Source: Aquiluna sp. (GTDB taxonomy: Bacteria; Actinomycetota; Actinomycetes; Actinomycetales; Microbacteriaceae). From it: DNA of 64,000 bases. Below the pieces are notes generated by a model. The model worked only from the letters and a program-made list of their open reading frames with translations, made no database searches and was not told the origin of the DNA. The position numbers were made by a program, and so were the translations under genes. The stretch is taken from the NCBI GenBank assembly GCA_040402595.1, contig JBBAMI010000001.1:109629-173628 (forward strand). Direction: 5' to 3'. This document shows positions 10,762 through 22,634 of the stretch, in pieces. Position 1 is the stretch's first letter. Each line of letters opens with the position of its first letter.

Positions 10762-11609
10762 TGAAAGTAGTCCAAGCTTTTGAACAGGCCCGCGAGAAAC
10801 TAACTCTCGCTAAGGTTCCAAGTCCAGACGCTGACGCCTACTGGCTCTTAGCCCATGCCACATCATCAAACAGAGCCGAGGTAGTTGGGCGAATCACTCT
10901 TGGGGAGGAGCTCAATCAAGCCGAGATCGAAAACTTTATCCACGCACTCGAAAGAAGGTTGAAGCGAGAACCCTTGCAGCACATAACTGGTAAGGCTGCC
11001 TTTAGAGACCTGGAATTGGAAGTTGGTCCTGGTGTTTTCATTCCAAGATTCGAAACCGAAGATGTTGCTCAAATTGCTATCGACTTTCTAAACTCGCTCC
11101 ATTCGAAATCAAGGGCAGCAGATTTAGGCACCGGTTCAGGGGCAATCGCAATCAGCCTTGCTAGAGAAACGAGTGCTGACATTGTCGCAATCGAGCTATC
11201 GCCTGAAGCTGGCGAATATGCAGCAAGAAACATTCAGCAACTTGCTCCAGAAGTAGAGCTACTTATTGGAGGCTTTGAAGAAGTTTTGCCCAGGCTCGAA
11301 AACCTAGATTTGATAATTTCAAATCCTCCATACATTCCTTTGAGTGCTGTTCCACTGGAGCCTGAAGTTTTTCAATACGATCCTGAACTTGCTCTTTATT
11401 CGGGGGAGGACGGCCTTGATGCAATAAGGGAAATTATTGCCATAGCCACCTTCGTCCTCAGGCCCAATGGAATGCTGGTTCTGGAGCACGCGGACGGGCA
11501 GAGCGATCAGGTGCGTGAACTACTATTGGGAGAAGGTTTTACTAGCGTTACTGCGCACCCCGATCCCACCGGGCGACTGAGAGCTGTTAGCGGCATTAGG
11601 AGGGCATAG
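10761..11609 (+). CDS. prmC: Release-factor glutamine N5-methyltransferase
   Basis: 282 aa. SAM motif DLGTGSGAIA and catalytic NPPY. TGATG overlap with prfA. Confidence 0.9.
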   Translation: MKVVQAFEQAREKLTLAKVPSPDADAYWLLAHATSSNRAEVVGRITLGEELNQAEIENFIHALERRLKREPLQHITGKAAFRDLELEVGPGVFIPRFETEDVAQIAIDFLNSLHSKSRAADLGTGSGAIAISLARETSADIVAIELSPEAGEYAARNIQQLAPEVELLIGGFEEVLPRLENLDLIISNPPYIPLSAVPLEPEVFQYDPELALYSGEDGLDAIREIIAIATFVLRPNGMLVLEHADGQSDQVRELLLGEGFTSVTAHPDPTGRLRAVSGIRRA

Positions 11610-11610
11610 C

Positions 11611-12273
11611 TTGCCAAGTGTTTATGACTGTTCAGTCGACACAGATTTACTTACCGGCTTTCGCCTAGCCAAGGTTTCACTCGACAGGCAGGAACTGGTT
11701 GTTCTGCCGACGGATACGGTCTATGGAATCGCTGCGAATGCATTCAGCCCTAAGGCTGTTGAGAACTTATTGAGTGCCAAGGGGAGAGATCGCACATCAC
11801 CGCCTCCGGTTCTGATCCCAAAGGTTGAAACGCTTTCCGCCCTTGCGGCCGATCTTCCGTTGGTTGCGAATCAATTGGCTTCTGCATTTTGGCCAGGTGC
11901 CCTGACTATGGTTTTGAAAGCGCAGCGAAGTCTCGACTGGGATCTTGGTGAGACAAGAGGGACAGTCGCACTCAGGGTGCCGGACCATAAAATCACGTTG
12001 GCGCTTTTGGAAGACGTTGGCCCACTTGCCGTTTCGAGCGCAAATCTAACCGGGCAACCATCGGCAGTAACGGCTCAGCAAGCTGTTGATTACTTCGGGA
12101 CCAAGGTCGCTGTTTATCTCGATGGAGGCGCTTCACCTAAAGGCGAAGCTTCAACAATTCTTGACCTCACGCAGGTTAGAGATGGAGAACCAATTCGAGT
12201 CCTGCGAAAGGGCGCAATTTCCCTAGAGCGCATTCGTTCTGTCATTGGCAATGTGGAGCTCGAGGTCGACTAG
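11611..12273 (+). CDS. tsaC: L-threonylcarbamoyladenylate synthase (Sua5/YwlC/TsaC family)
   Basis: 220 aa. Motifs LPTDTVYGIAANAF and SSANLTGQP. Confidence 0.85.
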   Translation: MPSVYDCSVDTDLLTGFRLAKVSLDRQELVVLPTDTVYGIAANAFSPKAVENLLSAKGRDRTSPPPVLIPKVETLSALAADLPLVANQLASAFWPGALTMVLKAQRSLDWDLGETRGTVALRVPDHKITLALLEDVGPLAVSSANLTGQPSAVTAQQAVDYFGTKVAVYLDGGASPKGEASTILDLTQVRDGEPIRVLRKGAISLERIRSVIGNVELEVD

Positions 12274-13394
12274 TGCGCGCCTACTTCCTGGTTGCACTGA
12301 TCACCGCGGTGGTCACCTACCTAGCGACTTGGGCAGTTCGTTATACAGCAAAACGATTCAACATTGCTCCTGCGATTAGAGAAAGAGATGTCCATAAATC
12401 ACCTACACCTCGAATCGGTGGAATTGCAATGCTGCTGGGATTGGGTGCGGGATTCTTTTCAGCTGCTTCCTTTGGATGGTTCGACTCTCTGTTTTCTAAC
12501 CCCGGACCAATCTGGGCGATGTTTTTTGCAGCTGCACTAATTGTCGTGGTGGGCTTGCTGGATGATTTGATTGAACTTGACTGGACCGCAAAAATGGGCG
12601 GCCAGATGGCAGCTGCCTGGATTATCGCCTCTTCAGGAATTCAGATTGTTTCTCTGCCAATCGGCGGGGTAACGGTTGGAAGCTTTGCCGTTTCCTTGGC
12701 AATCACCGTTTTTGCTTTGGTCCTTGTCATGAATGCAGTGAACTTCATAGATGGACTAGATGGATTAGCAGCGGGTGTTGTCGCTATTGGAACGCTGGCT
12801 TTCTTTGTCTACACATATCTTCTTGCTCAGCAAACCAGTCCGACCAACTACTTTTCAACCGCTGGTCTAATCTCCGCAATCATCCTTGGATTGGTAATTG
12901 GTTTTCTTCCTCATAACTGGAGACCGGCGAAGATTTTCATGGGGGATTCCGGTGCAATGCTCCTCGGACTGCTGATGGCCACAAGTGCAATCACTGTCAC
13001 TGGTTCAATCGATCCAGCCACTGTGACGCGTAATGACCTCCTGCCAGCACTTATCCCGCTCGCACTTCCGGTATTTATCTTGATACTTCCGCTACTTGAT
13101 CTGCTGCTGGCCGTTGTTCGCAGACTGAGCAGGGGCAAGTCGCCATTCGCACCAGACAGAGAACACTTGCACCATCAGCTCCAAGACATAGGACATTCTC
13201 ATCAGGGAGCGGTGCTGGTTTTCTACCACTGGACTCTGCTGGTCTCCACCACTTTGCTGCTATTTTTCTGGTTAGATTTGCCACAGGTGCTGATGGTTTT
13301 TGGGGCTTGGCAAATCGTCGCTCTAATTCACACCTATTGGCCGGCACTAGCCAGGCGCATTCGCTATCGGAGGAAAATTGCAAACAAACAGTAA
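12273..13394 (+). CDS. wecA: MraY/WecA-family polyprenyl-phosphate N-acetylhexosamine-1-phosphate transferase
   Basis: 373 aa, polytopic. Motifs NAVNFIDGLDGLAAG and MGDSGAMLLG. Its position corresponds to rfe upstream of the atp operon. Confidence 0.8.
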   Translation: MRAYFLVALITAVVTYLATWAVRYTAKRFNIAPAIRERDVHKSPTPRIGGIAMLLGLGAGFFSAASFGWFDSLFSNPGPIWAMFFAAALIVVVGLLDDLIELDWTAKMGGQMAAAWIIASSGIQIVSLPIGGVTVGSFAVSLAITVFALVLVMNAVNFIDGLDGLAAGVVAIGTLAFFVYTYLLAQQTSPTNYFSTAGLISAIILGLVIGFLPHNWRPAKIFMGDSGAMLLGLLMATSAITVTGSIDPATVTRNDLLPALIPLALPVFILILPLLDLLLAVVRRLSRGKSPFAPDREHLHHQLQDIGHSHQGAVLVFYHWTLLVSTTLLLFFWLDLPQVLMVFGAWQIVALIHTYWPALARRIRYRRKIANKQ

Positions 13395-13782
13395 ACAGCT
13401 ATTTGCAAGGGCCCTTCGGTTGAATCTGCTCCTGGCAGGGTTGGTGGCGGTCCTTGGATCACTGATTGGGTTTTTGGTTTATGGCGCGGGCGGGATTGCA
13501 TCTTCCCTGATTGGGGCAGCCGTGTCCGCGGTCTTTGGGGTAATGACCATCCTCAGCATTGGTTTTGGTTCCAGACTGGGACTGAATGGTTTCTATGCCC
13601 TGGTCCTGGGGGGCTGGCTAGTGAAGATATTGCTTTTTGCCGTTCTGCTCGGTTTTCTGCAGTCCGCAACATTCATTTCCGGACCCATGTTCTTTTTCGC
13701 TGTCGTCGCATCCGTCCTGGGAGGCCTGGCCATTGACTCCTATGTGGTCCTGACGGCCAAGATTCCAGCCGTGGAGAATTAG
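13378..13782 (+). CDS. Small polytopic membrane protein, AtpI-like by position
   Basis: 134 aa with 4 predicted TM helices. It occupies the slot between wecA/rfe and atpB that conserved membrane proteins occupy in other actinobacteria. The start codon is uncertain (TTG overlapping wecA). Confidence 0.5.
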   Translation: MQTNSKQLFARALRLNLLLAGLVAVLGSLIGFLVYGAGGIASSLIGAAVSAVFGVMTILSIGFGSRLGLNGFYALVLGGWLVKILLFAVLLGFLQSATFISGPMFFFAVVASVLGGLAIDSYVVLTAKIPAVEN

Positions 13783-13900
13783 CCCAGTCAATTTGGGAAT
13801 TGGGCCGAGGTGGTCCTAGTTATCCTTATAAACTCATGGGGAAACCCAAACAACTTGGCCCTCTGCGCCCCTGACCAGGAGAAGAACCCTGATTACAGCA

Positions 13901-14710
13901 ATGAGTCTCTTCATGGCCGAGGGTGGCGAGTTTAAGCCGCCGACAATTTATGAGTTTTATCCCGAAATCTTCCTTTTTGAGGGCACGCCTTTTGCCATAA
14001 ACCGAATCATGATGATTCGCCTCATTGTGATGACTCTTCTGATTGTTCTTTTCTTGCTCTGGACTCGAAAGTTCAATCAGGCAGTCAAGACAGGCAATGT
14101 TGTTCCCGGAAGATTCCAACTTCTTGGGGAGATGGCGCTCAACTTCGTTAGAAAATCGATTGCCCACGATCAGCTAGGCGAGAAAGACGGTGAGCGGTTC
14201 CTTCCGCTTCTAACCACCATCTTCTTCATGGTGCTGGGAATGAACATCACGGGCATTATTCCGTTCGCAAATATTGCCGGAACATCGGTTATCGGCATTC
14301 CGCTGGTTCTGGCTGCCGCAGCCTACGTGACCTTCATCTATGCGGGAGTGAAGAGGCACGGACTTAAGTTCTTCAAGAACGCGCTTTTCCCCTCTGGTGT
14401 GCCGGTGTATTTCTACACGTTGGTGACACCAATTGAATTTTTATCAACTTTTATTCTTCGCCCGGTAACCCTGGCTCTTCGTCTATTGATGAACATGATC
14501 GCCGGTCATCTTCTGCTAGTTCTTTGCTTCTCAGCAACTCACTTTTTCTTCTTCCAGGCGGATGGGCTTTTCAAGGCATTTGGCGCTGGAACATTTATCT
14601 TTGGCTTCGCTTTTACATTGTTTGAGATTTTGGTGTCTGTTCTGCAGGCATACGTATTCACACTTCTGACCACTGTCTACATCCAGTTGGCATTGGCAGA
14701 CGAACACTAA
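13901..14710 (+). CDS. atpB: F0F1 ATP synthase subunit a
   Basis: 269 aa, polytopic. Motif LALRLLMNMIAGH contains the essential Arg. Confidence 0.95.
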   Translation: MSLFMAEGGEFKPPTIYEFYPEIFLFEGTPFAINRIMMIRLIVMTLLIVLFLLWTRKFNQAVKTGNVVPGRFQLLGEMALNFVRKSIAHDQLGEKDGERFLPLLTTIFFMVLGMNITGIIPFANIAGTSVIGIPLVLAAAAYVTFIYAGVKRHGLKFFKNALFPSGVPVYFYTLVTPIEFLSTFILRPVTLALRLLMNMIAGHLLLVLCFSATHFFFFQADGLFKAFGAGTFIFGFAFTLFEILVSVLQAYVFTLLTTVYIQLALADEH

Positions 14711-14962
<252 letters not shown>

Positions 14963-14971
14963 GACCAGATC

Positions 14972-15523
14972 ATGATCGTTAGATTTTTCGAAGCCACGGC
15001 TCCCGAGGGTGGTGAACAGCCCAATCCGCTATTGCCAGCCGACTACGACATCATTTGGTCGTCAGTTATTTTCGTAACGCTCCTAACCTTCTTCTGGTTC
15101 AAGGTTCTTCCTGGATTCAAGAAGATGTTGGACGAGCGCGCAAAAGCAATTGAGGGTCGTCTCGCTGAAGCAGAGGAAGCGCAGAAGGCAGCTGAACGCC
15201 GGACCGCAACCGTGCTGGCGGAGCAGGAGCAACTTAGGTCCGAGGCTTCAAGCATTCGTGAGGAAGCCCGAGCCGAGGGTGCAACCATTCTGGCGGAACT
15301 CAAGGAACAGGCTGCTAGAGAAGCAGAGCGTCTTGTTGAAAGTGGCAAGAGCTCACTGCTAGCCGAGCGTGATGCGGCATCGAGGGCACTGAAGGCTGAG
15401 ATCGGAGCACTTGCTCTGGAGTTGGCTTCCAGAATTGTTGGCGAGAAGCTGCAGGACGACAAAGTGGCAAACAAAGTGGTCGATGATTTCATCGCAGAGC
15501 TAGAAGGAAAGAAAGTTAGCTAA
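14972..15523 (+). CDS. atpF: F0F1 ATP synthase subunit b
   Basis: 183 aa. One N-terminal TM helix followed by a long A/E/R-rich coiled coil. Confidence 0.9.
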   Translation: MIVRFFEATAPEGGEQPNPLLPADYDIIWSSVIFVTLLTFFWFKVLPGFKKMLDERAKAIEGRLAEAEEAQKAAERRTATVLAEQEQLRSEASSIREEARAEGATILAELKEQAAREAERLVESGKSSLLAERDAASRALKAEIGALALELASRIVGEKLQDDKVANKVVDDFIAELEGKKVS

Positions 15524-16311
15524 TGGCTTCTAGTACGCGGCAATCAACGCTGGTTCTTCAGGAAAAACTGAACAGCCAAGCTGGAATCAATTTGGAATTA
15601 GCAAAGGAATTCTTTGCAATTGCCAATTCATTGCAGCAGAGCGCGCAGTTGCGCTCGCTTCTCTCAGATCCTTCCGTTGAGAGTGCTGCCAAGGAAAAAG
15701 TTGTTGATTCTGTGTTTGCCGCGGCTTCTAGTTCAGCCAAAGAGACCGCCAAACTGGCTGCCAAACTTCGCTGGTCATCGACTCGTGATTTGGCTGCCGC
15801 TTTCGAGGTAATCGGTGTTCGCGCTGTAGCTGCCCAGAGCAAGAATCTGGATGCTCTGCAGACCGAGCTTTTTGAAATCCAGCAGCTAGTTGCCAAAGAC
15901 AGCGAGCTGGAACTTGCTCTGTCAACGACTCGCGTCAGCCCAGCTGGAAAACAGGACCTGGTCGGAAAGTTGCTCGGTGGCAAAGTTTCCGAAGCCGCTC
16001 TCGCACTTGCAACTCAGGCAGTCTTCTCCAGGACCTTCAAGCGATTCGCTGAGGTCATCGAGCAGTATGGGCTTTGGATTGCGGAGTTTGCTGGTGAATC
16101 CGTGGCCCACATTAGGGTTGCTCGCACTCTTTCCCCTCAGCAACTCGAGCGCCTATCCCAGGCGCTTGCTAAAGCATTCGGCAGAGAACTCCAAGTTAAT
16201 GTCGAAATTGACCCTCAGATTCTCGGGGGAGTACACGTCACGGTTAACGGCGAAGTTATTGACGGAACAGTTCTCACAAAATTGGTAAACGCAAGATTGC
16301 AGCTCAACTGA
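15523..16311 (+). CDS. atpH: F0F1 ATP synthase subunit delta (OSCP), long form
   Basis: 262 aa. C-terminal OSCP-type motif ILGGVHVTVNGEVIDGTV, and the N-terminal helical domain appears duplicated. TAATG overlap with atpF. Confidence 0.9.
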   Translation: MASSTRQSTLVLQEKLNSQAGINLELAKEFFAIANSLQQSAQLRSLLSDPSVESAAKEKVVDSVFAAASSSAKETAKLAAKLRWSSTRDLAAAFEVIGVRAVAAQSKNLDALQTELFEIQQLVAKDSELELALSTTRVSPAGKQDLVGKLLGGKVSEAALALATQAVFSRTFKRFAEVIEQYGLWIAEFAGESVAHIRVARTLSPQQLERLSQALAKAFGRELQVNVEIDPQILGGVHVTVNGEVIDGTVLTKLVNARLQLN

Positions 16312-16337
16312 GCTGAGATAAAAGAAAAGGAAAACAC

Positions 16338-17975
16338 ATGTCAGAGCTCAAGATCAGTCCGAATGACATTCGGGATGCACTGAAGGACTTTGTTGCGTCC
16401 TACGAGCCCCAGTCCTCCTCCAAGCAGGAGGTCGGTTATGTGACCGACGCGGCTGACGGTATTGCCCACGTTGAGGGACTACCGAGCGCCATGGCAAACG
16501 AGCTGCTCAAGTTTGCCGACGGAACGATCGGTCTTGCACTTAACTTGGACGAGCGCGAAATTGGTGTGGTTATCCTCGGTGAGTTCTCCTCAATCGAAGA
16601 AGGCATGGAGGTCTACCGAACTGGCGAAGTTCTCTCTGTTCCGGTCGGAGATGCATTCCTAGGTCGCGTTGTAGATCCACTCGGCAACCCAATCGATGGC
16701 ATGGGCGAAATCAAGAGCGAGGGATCTCGTGAGCTTGAGCTTCAGGCTCCTGGTGTTATGCAGAGAAAGAGTGTTCACGAACCGCTGCAGACTGGAATTA
16801 AGGCTATCGACGCGATGATTCCAATTGGAAGAGGTCAGCGTCAGCTCATTATCGGTGATCGCCAGACTGGTAAGACTGCAATTGCTGTTGACACAATCAT
16901 TAACCAGAAGAGCAACTGGGATTCTGGTGATGTCAACAAGCAGGTTCGCTGCATCTACGTTGCCATCGGTCAGAAGGGCTCGACCATTGCCGGAGTTAGG
17001 GCAGCTTTGGAAGAAGCAGGCGCTATGGCCTACACAACCATCGTCGCCTCTCCTGCATCAGACCCAGCTGGTTTCAAGTACCTTGCTCCTTACACCGGAA
17101 GCGCAATTGGGCAGCACTGGATGTATGGCGGTAAGCACGTCCTAATCATTTTTGATGACCTCAGCAAGCAGGCCGAGGCCTACCGAGCGGTATCGCTTCT
17201 GCTAAGACGACCACCAGGACGTGAGGCTTACCCGGGAGACGTCTTCTACTTACACTCAAGGCTTCTTGAGCGTTGCGCCAAGCTCTCTGACGAAATGGGA
17301 GCAGGTTCAATGACTGGACTTCCAATCATTGAGACCAAAGCGAACGACGTTTCAGCCTTCATTCCAACCAACGTGATCTCGATCACTGATGGTCAGATCT
17401 TCTTGCAGTCAGATCTCTTCAACGCGAACCAGAGGCCAGCTATCGATGTTGGTATCTCGGTTTCACGAGTGGGAGGTGCTGCTCAGGTTAAGGGAATCAA
17501 GAAAGTTTCTGGAACTTTGAAGCTAGAGCTTGCTCAGTACCGTGCTTTGGAAGCTTTCGCCATGTTCGCATCTGACCTAGATGCGGCATCGAGAAAGCAG
17601 CTGGAGCGAGGAGCGAGACTTACCGAGCTTCTGAAGCAGCCCCAGTATTCCCCATACCCGGTTGAGGCACAGACTGTGTCAATCTGGGCTGGTACCACAG
17701 GAAAGCTTGACGATGTCCCTAAGGAAGACATCTTGAAGTTTGAGAAGGAATTCCTAGACCACCTAGGCCGCAAGACTCAGATTCTCACCACCATTCGTGA
17801 GACTAACAACCTTGAGGACGACACCCTGAAGGCACTCGAAAAGGAAATTGCAGCTTTCAAACGCCTGTTCCAAACCTCAAAGGGAACAGCTTTGGTGAGT
17901 GAAGATGACTCAAAGGTCGAAGCACTCGCTGAATCTGAAATTGGTCAAGAGAAGATCGTCAAGCAGAAGAGATAG
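16338..17975 (+). CDS. atpA: F0F1 ATP synthase subunit alpha
   Basis: 545 aa. Walker A GDRQTGKT and motif [11 protein letters not shown]. Confidence 0.97.
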   Translation: MSELKISPNDIRDALKDFVASYEPQSSSKQEVGYVTDAADGIAHVEGLPSAMANELLKFADGTIGLALNLDEREIGVVILGEFSSIEEGMEVYRTGEVLSVPVGDAFLGRVVDPLGNPIDGMGEIKSEGSRELELQAPGVMQRKSVHEPLQTGIKAIDAMIPIGRGQRQLIIGDRQTGKTAIAVDTIINQKSNWDSGDVNKQVRCIYVAIGQKGSTIAGVRAALEEAGAMAYTTIVASPASDPAGFKYLAPYTGSAIGQHWMYGGKHVLIIFDDLSKQAEAYRAVSLLLRRPPGREAYPGDVFYLHSRLLERCAKLSDEMGAGSMTGLPIIETKANDVSAFIPTNVISITDGQIFLQSDLFNANQRPAIDVGISVSRVGGAAQVKGIKKVSGTLKLELAQYRALEAFAMFASDLDAASRKQLERGARLTELLKQPQYSPYPVEAQTVSIWAGTTGKLDDVPKEDILKFEKEFLDHLGRKTQILTTIRETNNLEDDTLKALEKEIAAFKRLFQTSKGTALVSEDDSKVEALAESEIGQEKIVKQKR

Positions 17976-17988
17976 TTAGGGAATATCA

Positions 17989-18885
17989 ATGGGAGCGCAA
18001 CTTCGGGTCTACCGGCAGAAAATTAAGTCTGCCAAGACGACCAAGAAGATCACACGTGCAATGGAGCTGATTTCGGCATCCCGAATTCAGAAGGCCCAGC
18101 AGCGCGTCGCCGCATCCAATCCATATACCCGTGCAGTCACCAGAGCTGTATCAGCGGTAGCTACACACTCCGATATCGATCACCCGCTGACCCGCCAGGT
18201 TGAAAATCCAACCATGGCAGCCGTGGTTATCTTCACCTCTGATCGAGGACTGGCTGGTGCTTTTTCTTCCGGTGCGATCAAAGAGGCGGAAGCTCTATCT
18301 AAGCGTTTGACAGATCAGGGACTGCAGGTTGTCTACTACCTGGTTGGACGAAAGGCAGTCAACTACTTCAAGTTTCGCCAGCGTCCATTCGTGCGTGAAT
18401 GGCAGGGTGGAACCGACCAACCTCAGTTTGATATAGCCCGAGAGATTGCCGCGGCCATCACAGAGGCTTTCAACACACCGACTGAAGATGGCGGAGTTGA
18501 TGAGATCTATCTGGTTGGTAACCGATTCGTTTCAATGATGGTTCAAGACCCAGTAACGGTAAGGCTGCTGCCCCTCGAGGTGGTGGAAGAAGAAACCGCT
18601 TCGAGTGACATCTATCCGCTCTATGAGTTTGAGCCAGAACCTGAGCAGGTTCTTGATTCACTTCTGCCTGTTTACATCGAAAACAGGATTTTTAACGCAA
18701 TGCTCCAGTCGGCAGCAGCCGAACACGCGGCTAGACAGAAGGCAATGAAGAGCGCGACGGACAACGCAGACAAGTTGATTTTGAACTACACCAGGCTGGC
18801 CAACCAGGCCCGCCAGGCAGAAATTACCCAGCAGATTTCCGAGATTGTCGGTGGTGCGGATGCACTGGCGGCGGTCAAGGACTAA
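17989..18885 (+). CDS. atpG: F0F1 ATP synthase subunit gamma
   Basis: 298 aa. N-terminal [22 protein letters not shown] and C-terminal [12 protein letters not shown] helices. Confidence 0.95.
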   Translation: MGAQLRVYRQKIKSAKTTKKITRAMELISASRIQKAQQRVAASNPYTRAVTRAVSAVATHSDIDHPLTRQVENPTMAAVVIFTSDRGLAGAFSSGAIKEAEALSKRLTDQGLQVVYYLVGRKAVNYFKFRQRPFVREWQGGTDQPQFDIAREIAAAITEAFNTPTEDGGVDEIYLVGNRFVSMMVQDPVTVRLLPLEVVEEETASSDIYPLYEFEPEPEQVLDSLLPVYIENRIFNAMLQSAAAEHAARQKAMKSATDNADKLILNYTRLANQARQAEITQQISEIVGGADALAAVKD

Positions 18886-20336
<1,451 letters not shown>

Positions 20337-20337
<1 letters not shown>

Positions 20338-20603
20338 TGGCTAAACAAATCGCGGTAAATCTGGTCTCTGCCGATCGAGAAATTTGGTCTGGCAATGCCG
20401 ACATGGTGGTTGCTAAGACCTCAGTCGGTGAGATTGGGCTACTCGCCGGACACGAACCGATCCTTGCTGTTTTAGTCGGCGGTCAGATTCGAATCACATC
20501 GACAGATGGAAATGTGACCGTTGAAACCCAAGAGGGCGGCTTCATTTCCATGGAGTCGGACATTGTCACTGTTGTGGTGCGAGACGCTCAACTAGTCGGC
20601 TAA
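20337..20603 (+). CDS. atpC: F0F1 ATP synthase subunit epsilon, short form (beta-sandwich only)
   Basis: 88 aa. Typical N-terminal domain (VSADREIWSG...GEIGLLAGHEPILA). It ends directly at the yaaA start. Confidence 0.9.
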
Positions 20604-21328
20604 TGCTAATTCTGCTTCCGCCGTCGGAGACGAAACGTCCCGGCGGCGTTGGCATTTCTATCGACAAGTTAGCAATCATCTGGGCTGCTTTAGATCCAGC
20701 GCGTGATCAACTGCTAGCAGCCCTTGCAGAGCTCTGCAGAGACAGCGAGAGGGCCGCTACAGCGCTCAAGCTCGGTAAGAAGAGCAGTGCAGAGATTTCA
20801 AAGAACCTTAATTTGATGACTTCCCCAACCATGCCCGCTCTTTTTAGATACAGCGGGGTTTTGTATGAGGCCCTCGATGCTGAATCGCTGAGCCCAATGG
20901 CTATAGATCGAGCTTGTGAAAAGCTGTTTATTCAATCCGCCCTCTTTGGCCTACTTCCCGCGCTCGAACAAATTCCCGACTACCGATTCAGCGCTAGCAG
21001 CAAACTTCCGGGAGTAAATCTGTCGGAACTTTGGACCGAAGCCCACAAGTCGGTTTGGCCAAGATTGGTCGGACAGATACTCGATCTGCGATCAAGTGAG
21101 TATCAGGCAATAAACCCAATACCTCAGGATAAAGATTCCTATGTGGTTGAAGTGCTCTCAGCCGAAGGCAAGCTACTGAATCACTTCAACAAAAAAGCCA
21201 AGGGTTTGTTCGTGAGAGCTGCTTTGGAGAACAATCTTTCTGACGTTTCTCAAATACCCAGGGTTGCAGCTCTTGCCGGACTTCGAGCAGAGATAGAGGG
21301 GCGAAAGATCAGGCTATTCGCCCCCTAA
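20603..21328 (+). CDS. yaaA: YaaA/DUF328 peroxide-stress family protein
   Basis: 241 aa. N-terminus MLILLPPSETK, then YSGVLYEALDA, LFGLLPA...IPDYR and NKKAKGLFVRA, collinear with E. coli YaaA. Confidence 0.8.
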   Translation: MLILLPPSETKRPGGVGISIDKLAIIWAALDPARDQLLAALAELCRDSERAATALKLGKKSSAEISKNLNLMTSPTMPALFRYSGVLYEALDAESLSPMAIDRACEKLFIQSALFGLLPALEQIPDYRFSASSKLPGVNLSELWTEAHKSVWPRLVGQILDLRSSEYQAINPIPQDKDSYVVEVLSAEGKLLNHFNKKAKGLFVRAALENNLSDVSQIPRVAALAGLRAEIEGRKIRLFAP

Positions 21329-21331
21329 TCC

Positions 21332-22627
21332 CTATTTGTCGTTTTCCTCAATCGGCATAACAACGTATGGCTCTGGCAGTTCGATTACGCCTTCTACGAG
21401 AGAGATGATGCTGTCAAACCAGCCCTGGTCATTGAAGAGCAGGTAGCCAGGTACCAGCCACATGTTGCCACCCTTGTCATAGACAGAGACGAGGACTGCT
21501 TCTGAGCGGTTTATCTTCAGATCAACAATTTGTGGCTCGGTAGGACCTTCTTCAATTGGCTCAGATGTTTCAACAGGCTTTTCGTCCGTTCCGACTGAAC
21601 CTTCAGTGACAGCTCCAGCTGTCGCATCTTTAGTCATGGTTGTGATAGGACGGGCATACTGCTGGTAGTACTTCGATGAAACTCCGCCGTACCAGCGACC
21701 GTCCTTGATCCTCGCGACTGCATCGGTAGGGGAGACGGTTCCGTATTCTCCGCGCTCGACTATCTCGAAGCTGGCTGCGGAAACATATGCGATCTGTCCA
21801 TCCATGCCCCAGCTGATGTAGAAGTCAATCGGTAGCGGTTGACCATTGAAGCTATTGCTGACAGTTGCATACGCTCCCCAGTCATCGCGATAAACATCAA
21901 TTTGGTCTTTTGCAACTTTGATTCCGAATTTGTTGAACGTGCTGATGGTTTGGGAAATCAACTCGGCTTCGGAAGGAATCAATTCTGGTGTCGGCTTAGG
22001 AGCGATGCAGCGCTGATCACCCGAGGAATCTTCACCCTCAGAAGGTTCAACGCATCCTGCCAGGTTGTTCCAACGACCAAAGTTCCAGTATCCGGCACCA
22101 GACCAGTAGACGCTCACATAGAAGTTTTCGCCCTGTATTGAGTAGCTCGGAAATTCTTTGCTTGACCATTCATCTTCTTTGGCTTCGCCAGTAACACCGA
22201 ATACCTCAGCAATCTTCTTCAGGATTGCCATTGGGTCGCCAATCTTACGCACCTCGTAGACAACACCTCGACCACCCTGATTACTCAGTCCATCTGCGAT
22301 GTAGTTGTACTGAATCCAGCCAGGCCAGATCATCTTCGCGCTAGCGTCTGCTGCCTCTGGGGCTCCGCTTAGTGCGTTTGGCGCTCCCTGCGGGGCGCTC
22401 GAAAGACTAAACAGTGGCTGCTGAGGAGCGAGTGCACTTGGGAGAGTGAGACCAACTGTCAGCACTGCCGCTGCAGTGGCAGCTAGAGAGAATCTTGCAA
22501 AGCGATAGTTAGCCGGTCCCTTTTTGTTCTTGAGGGTGGCTTCCACCACCAAGGACTCGGAGAGTAGGCGCGCGTTTGCAGCTGGATCAGCCTGCTTGAG
22601 GCGGTTTCTTAGTTGTTCATCGTTCAT
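21332..22627 (-). CDS. Single-pass membrane protein with a large extracytoplasmic domain; candidate anti-sigma partner of the upstream ECF sigma
   Basis: 431 aa. It starts 7 nt after the ECF sigma stop. Short cytoplasmic N-terminus, one TM helix (FSLAATAAAVLTVGLTL), then a W/Y/G-rich external domain. No HxxxCxxC zinc motif was seen. Confidence 0.55.
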   Translation of the reverse strand: MNDEQLRNRLKQADPAANARLLSESLVVEATLKNKKGPANYRFARFSLAATAAAVLTVGLTLPSALAPQQPLFSLSSAPQGAPNALSGAPEAADASAKMIWPGWIQYNYIADGLSNQGGRGVVYEVRKIGDPMAILKKIAEVFGVTGEAKEDEWSSKEFPSYSIQGENFYVSVYWSGAGYWNFGRWNNLAGCVEPSEGEDSSGDQRCIAPKPTPELIPSEAELISQTISTFNKFGIKVAKDQIDVYRDDWGAYATVSNSFNGQPLPIDFYISWGMDGQIAYVSAASFEIVERGEYGTVSPTDAVARIKDGRWYGGVSSKYYQQYARPITTMTKDATAGAVTEGSVGTDEKPVETSEPIEEGPTEPQIVDLKINRSEAVLVSVYDKGGNMWLVPGYLLFNDQGWFDSIISLVEGVIELPEPYVVMPIEENDK

Positions 22628-22634
22628 ATCTTGT

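Noticed and set aside
15043-15492. 149-aa antisense ORF in atpF, and the similar one at 40879-41250 in infB
   Set aside because: Both lie opposite Ala/Glu/Arg- or Pro/Gly-rich coding repeats that disfavour antisense stops. The peptides are S/A/R low-complexity.
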